A model generated the notes under the pieces. The model was not told the origin of the DNA, did no database searches, and saw only the letters and a program-made list of their open reading frames with translations. A program made the translations under genes and the position numbers. From positions 15,417 to 79,416 of the forward strand of contig JBBQUR010000023.1 in NCBI GenBank assembly GCA_038212275.1: DNA of 64,000 bases. The letters are read 5' to 3'. Each line of letters begins with the position of its first letter. Position 1 is the stretch's first letter. Of this stretch, positions 13,901-21,847 are shown in pieces. Source of the DNA: Planctomycetota bacterium. GTDB taxonomy: Bacteria > Planctomycetota > B15-G4.

Positions 13901-14510
13901 CGGTCGTGAAATTGATCGTCTCGGTGTGCCACAGGCCGTCTGCCGTGCCCCCGTTCAGATTGCCCGGCTCGTAGATGAGCACCTTGTCCCACGCGTTCTC
14001 ACCGGTCTTCGTCGAGATGCCCGTCGAGCCGAACTCCGCAGTCTTGATGCCGAACTTCAGCGAGGGCGTGACGGAGATCGTTCCGTTCGCCATCCACGAG
14101 AACTTCGCCGTGAATCCTGCTCCGAAGGAGCTGCCCGGGCCATGACCGGTGAGCGTGTCCTTGCGGTGGGAGATCTGGCTCTTGCCGCTGGCGCTCGCGC
14201 CGATCTTCAGGTGAAGCGCAGCAGGCCACGTGCCCGAAGGCACCGTGCCGGGAGCCGTGACGAACGAGATCTGGCTGAAGATGTCCGCCTCATGCGCGAC
14301 GAGTCCCGATGCGTTCTCGGGCGCATCGGTCAGCACCATGCTCTTCAGGTTGGTGCCAGCCACTTGAGTTCCCGCACCGTCGGCACGCGTGTCGTCCGAG
14401 TACCAGCCGTCATCAGCAAGGCTCGTCACGCTCACTTGCGCTTGAAGCGTGAATGCGAGCAGAAGCAGTACGGCTGCAGCATGAAGAACGGCGGTACAGG
14501 CGCGACGCAT
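10986..14510 (-). CDS. Large secreted modular protein: N-terminal domain, two ~213-aa repeats, cohesin-like, HYR and dockerin-like (EF-hand) modules
   Basis: Signal peptide (LLLLAFTLQAQ). Duplicated DQNVTSNAIYGxGNANGSFT domain. HYR motif (DATPPVL...PSGSTFPVGTTVVSCVATD). Ca-binding motifs GDTDNDGDVDIND, ADFSNNGAV and ADLNGDGWVD. Confidence 0.85.
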   Translation of the reverse strand: MRRACTAVLHAAAVLLLLAFTLQAQVSVTSLADDGWYSDDTRADGAGTQVAGTNLKSMVLTDAPENASGLVAHEADIFSQISFVTAPGTVPSGTWPAALHLKIGASASGKSQISHRKDTLTGHGPGSSFGAGFTAKFSWMANGTISVTPSLKFGIKTAEFGSTGISTKTGENAWDKVLIYEPGNLNGGTADGLWHTETINFTTGKWWFFDRKAGAGTIGTPVTLSAMVGNAMVFSGAKTIGDVYALITAPGAVITSVQFGIGSGNAGGSVYVNQFQSSAYLSNAVVTFGTPVTGWDQNVTSNAIYGSGNANGSFTTVRVNGLELGMRGKLRYPAANVFNSNGDGTYTFNTGSGTGLYPNSEWSFEFSVNTDYDNSTGLKVGSHTYKIGMDNDPGPGANYLVFDPISAGSVIPYSTPVTVPFWDHSMGDNSTAGGAGVEAGDAVTYATNLATYNLAQNSWRPTFYQNAAPYLWNPNVPGRYEYYLAAYDGATELARTHITIIVNTATTYDQNVTSNAIYGGGNANGSFTVARAGGVELGMRGKLREPSSNIFNSNGDGTYTFNTGSGTGSFPNSEWNFDFSVNTNYDGSSGLNVGARTYRIGMDNDPGPGTNYLIFDPISIGTIIPYTVPVGPVPYWDHSMGTNATLTGAGVEAGDGPTYAGYLTTYNLAQNSWRPTFYQNMAPYAWNPNVPGHYEYFLAAYDGTTEVARTAITLVATNGTSLLLEADACQSDQDCNLPGVQVKVRLYARNLASAATGYQAFLSYNSSLLSYVGASSSYSASPFSSHLQPIATADVVPGQLRLDGSSFSGSTIADSLLATLVFTVANECTPFDLDFDLTQAFDSELSYVGVPLVTSLMNSGSLVADATPPVLGPSANINVAADASLAGGCSGRVVTFATPVATDNCSIPTVACYPPSGSTFPVGTTVVSCVATDDCGNTSMTSFDVTVTSTNVATVSVQLVGVNVASMRCIRFQTNTCAFTDIPLAFDGTGLFTGDIEIPCGSYTMLCAKDEQHTEWHTVPLTISGTKYVATGTLDLEGGDTDNDGDVDINDVTWLIAQYGGLAASGSCPWDGTRDADFSNNGAVAAEDYGFQVANWLTTSACTCAIPLVSHRRGDHPEHLERKAYLRVTGAITKAADLNGDGWVDHLDVRLFENEQGLPNELSDILRNATPKIR
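12360..13625 (-). repeat. Intragenic tandem duplication, 639-bp period (two copies)
   Basis: Near-identical blocks begin at DQNVTSNAIYG at 13625 and 12986. Confidence 0.9.
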
Positions 14511-14629
14511 GGTGTATCCCCTCGTGTGTCCGCCGAAATGACTCGGCAGAAATCGTGATCAGGAGGACGCGGAACGATCCGCGACCGAATTCCCGGGGCA
14601 CTCCATATCACTGATCGCGCTTCGCTGTC

Positions 14630-14645
14630 CACTCGATATCGAGTG
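14630..14645. promoter_or_regulatory. Perfect 16-bp palindrome CACTCGATATCGAGTG; candidate operator
   Basis: Exactly self-complementary. Located in the divergent intergenic region 14511-14863. Confidence 0.5.
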
Positions 14646-14863
14646 AATCTTGCTTCGCTCTCGGCGGAGTCGTCGTCGACGACGATTGTGTCGCTGTGCG
14701 CGCGTAGCGTGAATACCGTAGTAGATTCAGCCACGCCGCGAGGAGCGTGCAGCGAGACGAGCGAATTGAGTCGTGAACTCCTTGTCGGACTTCGCGCGGC
14801 GTGTTATGAACTCTCGCTCTCTGGCTCCTGCGCGTTGCACACTCCGGCGAAAAGGGAAAAGGC

Positions 14864-15718
14864 ATGCTGATTCTTGCGGCCATTCTGATTGTCTGCGGCC
14901 AGGTCAACCTGCCTCTCACTCCGCCGAGCCAGTTCGCGCCGGCCGGCAGCTTCATCACGGTGGACCTGCACGCCGAGGCAGCCATTCCTCAGGCCGTCGC
15001 CGCCATCGATGCGATCCTCTCTTGGAACCCCGCTGAGCTGCAGCTCATCACGCCGGTGGCAAGCACGTACCCGTGGTTCATCGCAGGCTTCCTGCCGGAC
15101 CCGGACGGAATCAATGCCAACGTGCTGGATGGGACGGCGCTTTACACCGCGCTGGCGCCGCCGGCGACACCGCTGATGCTGCCGCCGAACATCATTGTGG
15201 CGTCGTTCAAGTTCAAGGTGCTCACCGGAGGCAACGTGACCCTGCTGCCGAGCCTCGGCACCTTCGGGAAGACGCGGGTGGTGAGCACGACCCCCGGCCT
15301 CGAAATCACTGGAGTGATTTCCGGCCCGGTGTGCGTAGGCATTCCGGGCACGTGGACGGATCTCGGACTCGGCCTCGCCGGCACGGGAGGAATCACGCCG
15401 GTGCTCACCGGGGCCGGGCCTCAGGCATGCCAGGCGCTCACGACGATCACGCTCACGAATGCGCTGCCCAATACCGTCGTGTACCTTCCCATCGGCGCCT
15501 CTTACCTGGGTCTGCCTCTCAAGGGCGGGGTGCTCGTGCCGCAACTTGACCTGATTCTCATCTTCATGACATCCCCCACCGGCGACGTCATCCTCAATGC
15601 GCCGTGGCCCAACGGCATCCCACCCGGGTTCTCCATTTACTACCAGTGGTGGCTGAAGGACCCGGGCGGGGTCAAGGGTTATGCCGCTTCCAACGGGTTG
15701 AGGAGCACCACGGGCTGA
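14864..15718 (+). CDS. Secreted protein: cohesin-like N-terminal domain plus conserved C-terminal domain (WTDLGxGLAG...SNGL)
   Basis: Short hydrophobic N-terminus. Cohesin-like pattern GSFITVDL...AIDAILSWNPAELQL...VASFKFKV. C-terminal domain is similar to that of 43213-45333. Confidence 0.75.
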   Translation: MLILAAILIVCGQVNLPLTPPSQFAPAGSFITVDLHAEAAIPQAVAAIDAILSWNPAELQLITPVASTYPWFIAGFLPDPDGINANVLDGTALYTALAPPATPLMLPPNIIVASFKFKVLTGGNVTLLPSLGTFGKTRVVSTTPGLEITGVISGPVCVGIPGTWTDLGLGLAGTGGITPVLTGAGPQACQALTTITLTNALPNTVVYLPIGASYLGLPLKGGVLVPQLDLILIFMTSPTGDVILNAPWPNGIPPGFSIYYQWWLKDPGGVKGYAASNGLRSTTG

Positions 15719-15845
15719 GCCCGTTCACAGTGCCGTCAGCGAGTGCTTCGGCTGTCGCGGACGACACTCTGAACGATCGTCAGCGGTTGCTCAGCGTCAG
15801 ACGGCAGCAGCTCGGCAGAACGGTGCAGAGGAACCCGACCTCGCC

Positions 15846-15895
15846 GCCGTGCGACGCCGTGCGACGCCGTGCAACGCCGTGCGCAGCCGTGTGCC
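15846..15895 (+). repeat. Degenerate 10-bp tandem repeat (GCCGTGCGAC) x5
   Basis: Read directly from the sequence; intergenic. Confidence 0.8.
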
Positions 15896-16087
15896 GACGA
15901 GACACCGCCCAGAACCCGGGCCGGCGTGTCACCGAGCTTCGATCATGCCGCCACGCAGCTTGTCGCCGACTCGCGAACAGGCAGATCTCCGCACGCATGG
16001 AGCGAGCGCCGCGCAGCATCGAGCGTGCGAAGACACCGGGACGAGGAGTCGGCATGCCGTGCGAGCCACGCCGATTGCGGAGCCGTG

Positions 16088-16879
16088 TCAGCCACGGCGC
16101 GTGGAACCGCGATCCGGATTCGACACCTTTGATGAGCTCGAGGCGCCGCTCGCCTTCGTCGGGCTGTTCGCTCGATGCATCTCGCTGCCGGCCTGACGCG
16201 GTTCACTGCTTGCCTGCTTTGCCGGAATGAGCTTCGGCAGCTCGTGTGCCGCCTCGCCGACACCTGCCGAGCGCGCGACGGAAGAGTAGACCGTGCCGCG
16301 CGCGAGGTTCTCGGCCGCGAAGTCCCAGTTGGCGAGTTCGAAGAACGCCTTCACGTAGGCCGCCTTGTCCTGCTGACGGTCGAGGTACCAGGCGTGCTCC
16401 CAGAGATCGCAGGTGAGCAGAGGCAGGGCTCCGTCCTTCAGCGGAGTCCCGGCATCGTGCGTCGTGAGCACCGCGAGCTTCCCGTCGGCCGCTGCCACGA
16501 GCCAGGCCCAGCCCGAACCGAAGTGCGCGCCGGCAGCCTTGCTGAATTCCGAGGTGAAGGCCTCGATGGAGCCGAAATCCCTGCCGAGCGCCTTCGCGAG
16601 CGCGGCGGACGGACGCGACCCGCCTGCCGGACGCATCGAATGCCAGTAGAACTCGTGATTCCAGGCCTGCGCCGCATGGTTGAACAACGAGTCCGAGGCC
16701 TCGCGCACGAGGCGCTCCAGGCTCCAGTTCTCCTTGGGCGTGCCTGCAATGGCCTTGTTCACCTTGTCGAGATAGGCCTTGTGGTGCTTGCCGTGGTGCG
16801 TGACCAGGGTGAGCTCCGAAATCTGCGGCGAAAGCGCATCGGCGGCGTAGGGAAGCGGCGGCAGCTGGAAGTTCTTCAT
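16088..16879 (-). CDS. sodB: Fe superoxide dismutase with a low-complexity C-terminal tail
   Basis: Motifs LPPLPY, HHGKHH, NHAAQAWNH (Fe-type AAQ), FGSGWAWL and DLWEHAWY. Confidence 0.9.
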   Translation of the reverse strand: MKNFQLPPLPYAADALSPQISELTLVTHHGKHHKAYLDKVNKAIAGTPKENWSLERLVREASDSLFNHAAQAWNHEFYWHSMRPAGGSRPSAALAKALGRDFGSIEAFTSEFSKAAGAHFGSGWAWLVAAADGKLAVLTTHDAGTPLKDGALPLLTCDLWEHAWYLDRQQDKAAYVKAFFELANWDFAAENLARGTVYSSVARSAGVGEAAHELPKLIPAKQASSEPRQAGSEMHRANSPTKASGASSSSKVSNPDRGSTRRG

Positions 16880-17165
16880 GGTCTTGCTCCGATGTGCGGG
16901 GTCGACGGCAGGATTCATCAGCAGAAACACTTAGCTCGCTCCCGCGGTGTGCCAAGGATCTGAACGGTGTGATGGTCCTGCTGCCTGCCGTGGAGGCGGC
17001 CGGCGATCGGGCGTCGACGGTCGATTCCCCGATCACGCGCCATGAGCGTCCCCGGCAACCTTGCCGGCCTTGACCTCCAGCTGCAGGTCGCGATCAGCGA
17101 CACCGCGGCGGTGCACAAGCTTTCGCTCACGCAGGGCGTGCAGAGGGAGATCGGCTGAGGGCCCC

Positions 17166-18080
17166 TCAGTCCGAGGTCGGAGTCCAGGTGAGGTCCGGGT
17201 CGAAGGCCGTGATGGCAGCCACCGTCGTGGCCGTGTCGGGGCCGAGGTCCTTCTCGTAGATGATGCCGTTCCTGTCCACGAGGAAGCTCATGACACCCGA
17301 GTTGCCGGGCTTCGCCGGCCAGGCCACGACGGCGAAGCCCTTCGTCATGAGGCCTGCGGCGTCCAGGTAGCTGCGTGCGCCGCCGGGCGCCTGCGCGCCC
17401 TGCGCGTCGAGGATGCGGAAGAAGTAGCCGTTGAACGGAGCGGACCCGCCGCCGGCGATGCGCGCCTCCATGTCGGCGTCGGCGAGCAGCGGCCCGATCG
17501 GACTCTCGGGCTGGCCTTCTGCTGCCGGCCAGTAAAGACCGTCGTGCAGGCCGGCGCTGCTCACGAATCTGCGCGCGAAGGCAGGCGGCCGGCTGTCGTG
17601 ACTCTGTGCGAAGTACTCGAGTTGCGCATCGACACAGGCGCGCAGGCTCGCGAGCGCCAGCAGCTCGTTGCGGCCGATGCGGCGATTCAGAAGTTCTTCG
17701 CGGCCGGCTTCGATGTCGAAGCACCACCCGCCGTCATGAGGCGCCAGCGGAATGGCGAGCGGCCAGCCGTCGTTTCCGATGAGGGCGATCTTCGAGCCGT
17801 CGCGGTCCTCGAAGGCGACCTTCTGCAGGATCAACGCCTTCACGGCGAGTGCGTCCTCGCGGTCGTCGGCCGGATCTCCGGACGCCAGCAGGCTGACGCC
17901 GTCCGGCGTGAAGATGGCCTCCGCCTGCTGCATGTCGCCGCTCCCCGCGAGGTCGGCCAGCGCCTGCATCGCCGCATCGGGCGTGGCGAAACGGCGCGGT
18001 TGCGGACTCGCGCAGGCCCATGTCGAGCCCGCGCACAGTGCCAGTGCGAACACGCCTGCGCGATGGCGCAAGAAGGTCAT
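17166..18080 (-). CDS. DUF2950 family protein
   Basis: Motifs FATPDAA, WPLAIPL, RRIGRNEL, DGLYW, PFNGYFFRIL, GFAVVAWPA and YEKDLGP. Downstream of the DUF3300 gene, its usual partner. Confidence 0.85.
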   Translation of the reverse strand: MTFLRHRAGVFALALCAGSTWACASPQPRRFATPDAAMQALADLAGSGDMQQAEAIFTPDGVSLLASGDPADDREDALAVKALILQKVAFEDRDGSKIALIGNDGWPLAIPLAPHDGGWCFDIEAGREELLNRRIGRNELLALASLRACVDAQLEYFAQSHDSRPPAFARRFVSSAGLHDGLYWPAAEGQPESPIGPLLADADMEARIAGGGSAPFNGYFFRILDAQGAQAPGGARSYLDAAGLMTKGFAVVAWPAKPGNSGVMSFLVDRNGIIYEKDLGPDTATTVAAITAFDPDLTWTPTSD

Positions 18081-18111
18081 CCATAGTGCCACGTGCGTCT
18101 CCCTCTCCGGC

Positions 18112-19356
18112 CTAGCGACCACGGCCACCACTTCCGGCTCGGCCGCCGCCACGGCTTGCGCGACTCGAAGCGCCGCGTCCACTGGCGGCACGATCGAAGC
18201 CGGGACTGCGGGAGCCGCTGAAGGCGCTGTTACCGTCCCGACTCATGCGCGACGGCGCGTCGCCGGCTGCGGCGCGATTCGACATGCCGGTCGCGGCGGC
18301 TCCGGTGGAAGCGCGCGCGCCGCCGGAATCACGCGTCGCGGCGACCGGCAGTTTTCCGGAGAGATCACGCGTCGACGCCACGCCGCCCGGACGCTGTGCA
18401 GGCAGCGTGCCCGCGCTCGCGCCGCGATCGTAGCCGCGCGCCTGGTCGCGCGTGATGCGAGTCGCCGAGCCGCTCCCGCCGTAGGTCTGCGCCGTCCGGC
18501 TGCTGCGGTAGTTGACGCCCTTGCGGTGCTCGGCGTCGTGCTTCCACGAGCCGTTGCCGATGTTGGTGTTCCTGTTGAAGTTGTATTCGTTCTTCACGGT
18601 CACATCGATGTCGCTGTGGCCCCAGCCCCAATGGCATCCGCCGTGCAGGTACGCGCCCCACGCGACCCCGGCGCCAAACAGCATCAATCCGTAGCCGGGC
18701 GGCGGTGGCACGTAGAGCGCGGGGTAGTAGTAGGTCGGGTAGTGCCAGCTCGCGCCGTACACCACGACCGGCGAGTAGGTCGGCACGTAAATCACTTCGG
18801 GGCTTTTCGACTCGATCACGATGATCTTGTCGGCCTGTTGTGTCACGACCTGCTGTTCGGTCGTCTTCAGGTTGCCGGCCGCGTACGCCTTGTCGCGCAT
18901 GCGCTGCACCGCGTCGAGCACTTCGGTCTTCTGGTCCAGGACGGCATCGCCGAGGTCGCGCGTCCAGTCGAGGTTCTCGCTCATGTGCGTGACGACCGTC
19001 GGGAAGCCGCACATCACCTTCACGGCGGGATCCCAGCTCTGCTCCTGAAGCGCCGCGTCGAGCGACTTGCCGGTGAGGCCGGGATTCTTGCCCACCCAGC
19101 GCGCCGCTTCGACGATCTCGAGCGGATAGGTGGACGCCATGAGAATCTGCATCACGAGCGAGTCGGGATAGAGCGCGATCGGAGCAACGATCTGCTCGAG
19201 CTGCTCGGCGCTGAATCCGGGCGTCGTCGCGGTCGTGCCCGCTGCGGCCGCGCCCGCTGCGGTCGTGTCAGCGGTCTGAGCCGATGGCGAGGCTGCCAGC
19301 GAGGCAACACCCGCCGCGACGAGAACGAACATCCACGCGACTCGTCCGCGATGCAT
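18112..19356 (-). CDS. DUF3300 family secreted protein with a Gly/Arg-rich tail
   Basis: Motifs LEQIVAPIALYPDSL..QILMASTYPLE, WDPAVK, WTRDLGDA, YVPTY and WKHDAEHRKGVNY. Confidence 0.88.
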   Translation of the reverse strand: MHRGRVAWMFVLVAAGVASLAASPSAQTADTTAAGAAAAGTTATTPGFSAEQLEQIVAPIALYPDSLVMQILMASTYPLEIVEAARWVGKNPGLTGKSLDAALQEQSWDPAVKVMCGFPTVVTHMSENLDWTRDLGDAVLDQKTEVLDAVQRMRDKAYAAGNLKTTEQQVVTQQADKIIVIESKSPEVIYVPTYSPVVVYGASWHYPTYYYPALYVPPPPGYGLMLFGAGVAWGAYLHGGCHWGWGHSDIDVTVKNEYNFNRNTNIGNGSWKHDAEHRKGVNYRSSRTAQTYGGSGSATRITRDQARGYDRGASAGTLPAQRPGGVASTRDLSGKLPVAATRDSGGARASTGAAATGMSNRAAAGDAPSRMSRDGNSAFSGSRSPGFDRAASGRGASSRASRGGGRAGSGGRGR

Positions 19357-19942
19357 CGCGCCTCCTTCGCTTTCGATCCGGCCTCGGCACGCCGACACTC
19401 GGACGGCCTGCTGTTGTCGATCGTAGCAGAGCGGCAGCGCATCCGGTCGGCACGGGCACGGCCGAAGAAGAAGGCCTTTCCATCTCCGCACCGGATGCGG
19501 CGCTGGATCCGGACGCACGCGACTCGCCTGCCGCGAATCGCAAGCGACCGACACGCGTGTCGACATCAAGTTCGACGCGACCGTCGACACGCCTCACGAC
19601 GCCGCCGATGCCGATACGGATGCGGACACCGACTCCGATGCCAACGCCAACGACGATGTCGACGCCGCGGAAGACACCGACAATGCCGGGCGAGGCATCG
19701 GCTGGGCAGTGATGGGCTTCACGCCGGTTGTGCGAGTGCGCGCGTCCAGAACGATCGGGCCAGGACTGGAATTCCAGTCGGAGTCGCGCTTGAGCCGACA
19801 AGCCACCGGGTCCGTTCGCGCGTTCGCCTCCGCCGCAGGCGAGCCGGTGGTGGCGGCATTTCTGCGGGAATTCGCGTGACATGCGCAACGCCGTGTCGGC
19901 GCCGCCCCGGATCGCGGCTGACAATCCAGACGCTCCCATGCA

Positions 19943-19971
19943 TTGACGATGCGACTTGCGGCCGATATTCT
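19943..19971 (+). promoter_or_regulatory. Sigma70-like promoter TTGACG-N17-TATTCT
   Basis: Near-consensus -35/-10 boxes with a 17-bp spacer, 24 bp before the ATG at 19996. AAGGAAG RBS. Confidence 0.6.
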
Positions 19972-19995
19972 GCCCGAATCAAAAGGAAGTGAGCC

Positions 19996-20757
19996 ATGCG
20001 CGTCGGACGGGATGGCCGTATTTTCGGCATGATTGTGTGCGCAGTTTCGATGCTCGCGGGAAGCATCACGGCACAGAACTGGGGTCCGCTGACCGGTGTG
20101 TGCAAGAGCGACTTGTCGCTCCAGGCGAAACTGCAGACGCTGACTGCGGCTGCGGTGGGCTACGGGATGTTCGCGCCTCAGGTGTCCGTCTCTCCGGTCC
20201 CGGTAACCGTAGGCGGCATCCCGGCGTACGAGTTCGACTCATCCACGAGCGCCAACGCGAATTTTTCCGGCTACTCCACTTACGATCCGCTGACCGGCCC
20301 GGGAGTCGCCTTCAACTCGAGCGACTGGGGCGACATCACGCCTCCACCGGACCCGATGACGGTCGTTGACTATGTGGCAACTGCGTATCACGAGCTTGCT
20401 CACATCGTTTACGAAGCTTATTACATCGACTGGTGCTCGATGCATGCCGCGGAGTGCGCCGCCTTCGAGGCATGCATCGCGACACTGGATCCGCCTGACG
20501 ATCCGTGCAACGAAGCGTTCGCCAACGGTGTCGCCAACTCCAGCCTCTGCGAGGACTACCAGACGGTCTGCAACAGCAACAATCCGTCGCTGTCCGTATC
20601 CGACAGGCACAAGATCCTCGAAGCGATCGAGGCGCAGATGGCCTTGGCGGCGCAGGAGTGTGCCAGGCAGACTGCCGACTGCATCAACTGCAGCGGCCCA
20701 CCGATGCCACCCGGGTATGCGGGTTGCGGACCTGTCTCGTGCGAGTGCAACCCATGA
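19996..20757 (+). CDS. Secreted Cys-rich protein with an HExxH zinc-metallopeptidase-like motif
   Basis: Signal peptide (…MLAGSITA-Q), YHELAHIVYE, downstream NEAFA, and 12 Cys after the motif. Has its own promoter and RBS. Confidence 0.7.
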   Translation: MRVGRDGRIFGMIVCAVSMLAGSITAQNWGPLTGVCKSDLSLQAKLQTLTAAAVGYGMFAPQVSVSPVPVTVGGIPAYEFDSSTSANANFSGYSTYDPLTGPGVAFNSSDWGDITPPPDPMTVVDYVATAYHELAHIVYEAYYIDWCSMHAAECAAFEACIATLDPPDDPCNEAFANGVANSSLCEDYQTVCNSNNPSLSVSDRHKILEAIEAQMALAAQECARQTADCINCSGPPMPPGYAGCGPVSCECNP

Positions 20758-21641
20758 GCACTTCAAGAGCAGGAACCTCGGCTCTGATGCGACTGGCTCT
20801 GCTGCTCGCCGTCACGGTCGACGCACCGGCCCAGCAGCCGTCCTCCTTGCCGCCCGAGATGATCGCCTCCTTCGCTCCGCGCCGGATCTGGGCGGAGGAG
20901 TTCTGGCTCCCGACGGCAGCGAACGATCAGGTGCGCGGGCGGGTCCGATTCGAGAACCAGGATCCCGTCGGCAAGGTCGTCATCGACTGGTACTTCGTCA
21001 AGGCAGGCGCGTCCTCGCGCCAGCTCAGTCAAGTCGTCGAGGTGGCTTTCCGGCCCACGGCGGTCGCGCGCCGCGCGGGGACGACCGACACGCTGTATGT
21101 CGTCGGCTGGTCGGACCGGATGGGCCGGGTCGTCGTCGAAGAATGGACCTTCGGTCCCACGACGTTGGGAAGCACGCTGCCGGAGAACGGCGAAGGCGGA
21201 GCGATTTCCGTCTTCGCTCCCCCACCGATCGCAAAGGAGCTCGCCTGGGTCTCCGATCCGGGCACGGTTCCGCCCATCTGGGACGCTGCCTGCGAGGTCT
21301 ACGCCAACAAGCTGCTGCTGCTGACCAGCGGCACGACCACGAAGATCGTGTCCCTTGATCTCGTGACGCTGAGCCTTCAGCAACTGTATTCGTCCACCTC
21401 GAACCCGGCCCTCGGCGGGCTTCGAATGCTCTCCATCGCTCGCCATCCCGTGGCCGGCTTCACCGTGATCGCGGAGCAGCGCCGCAGCTGGGACGCCGTG
21501 GGGCACGGCGAGGCCGTGGACAACTACTTCGTCATGCGGGACGTGGACGCCAACGGCACACTCGACACGACCGAGGTTGTCGCGAGCAACGCCTTCTACG
21601 TGATCTATCCGCCGCCCTGGAACAACAGGTACGAACAGTAG
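20754..21641 (+). CDS. Secreted hypothetical protein, beta-rich, with a DxDxNG Ca-binding-like motif
   Basis: ATGA overlap with the upstream stop. Signal peptide (LMRLALLLAVTVDAPA-QQ) and DVDANGTLD motif. Confidence 0.7.
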   Translation: MSTSRAGTSALMRLALLLAVTVDAPAQQPSSLPPEMIASFAPRRIWAEEFWLPTAANDQVRGRVRFENQDPVGKVVIDWYFVKAGASSRQLSQVVEVAFRPTAVARRAGTTDTLYVVGWSDRMGRVVVEEWTFGPTTLGSTLPENGEGGAISVFAPPPIAKELAWVSDPGTVPPIWDAACEVYANKLLLLTSGTTTKIVSLDLVTLSLQQLYSSTSNPALGGLRMLSIARHPVAGFTVIAEQRRSWDAVGHGEAVDNYFVMRDVDANGTLDTTEVVASNAFYVIYPPPWNNRYEQ

Positions 21642-21757
21642 CGGTCGCCGCGAACCGAGCCGAACGATGCTTCGGCCGGACGGATGGCCGCGCTGACTGG
21701 TCGAGCCGCGCCCGCCCCCAGCACAGTCGCTTCCGATGCATGCCCTCCCTGCAGAAG

Positions 21758-21789
21758 GCGGGAGCCGCGGATCTCTCCGCGACTCCCGC
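21758..21789. terminator. Hairpin between convergent genes
   Basis: GCGGGAGCCGCGGA-TCTC-TCCGCGACTCCCGC forms a 14-bp stem with one mismatch. Confidence 0.5.
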
Positions 21790-21847
21790 GTGGTCGTGAC
21801 TTCCGCTGGGTGGACGGCGCATGCGCCGCTGCCGGATCGGCCGGAAA

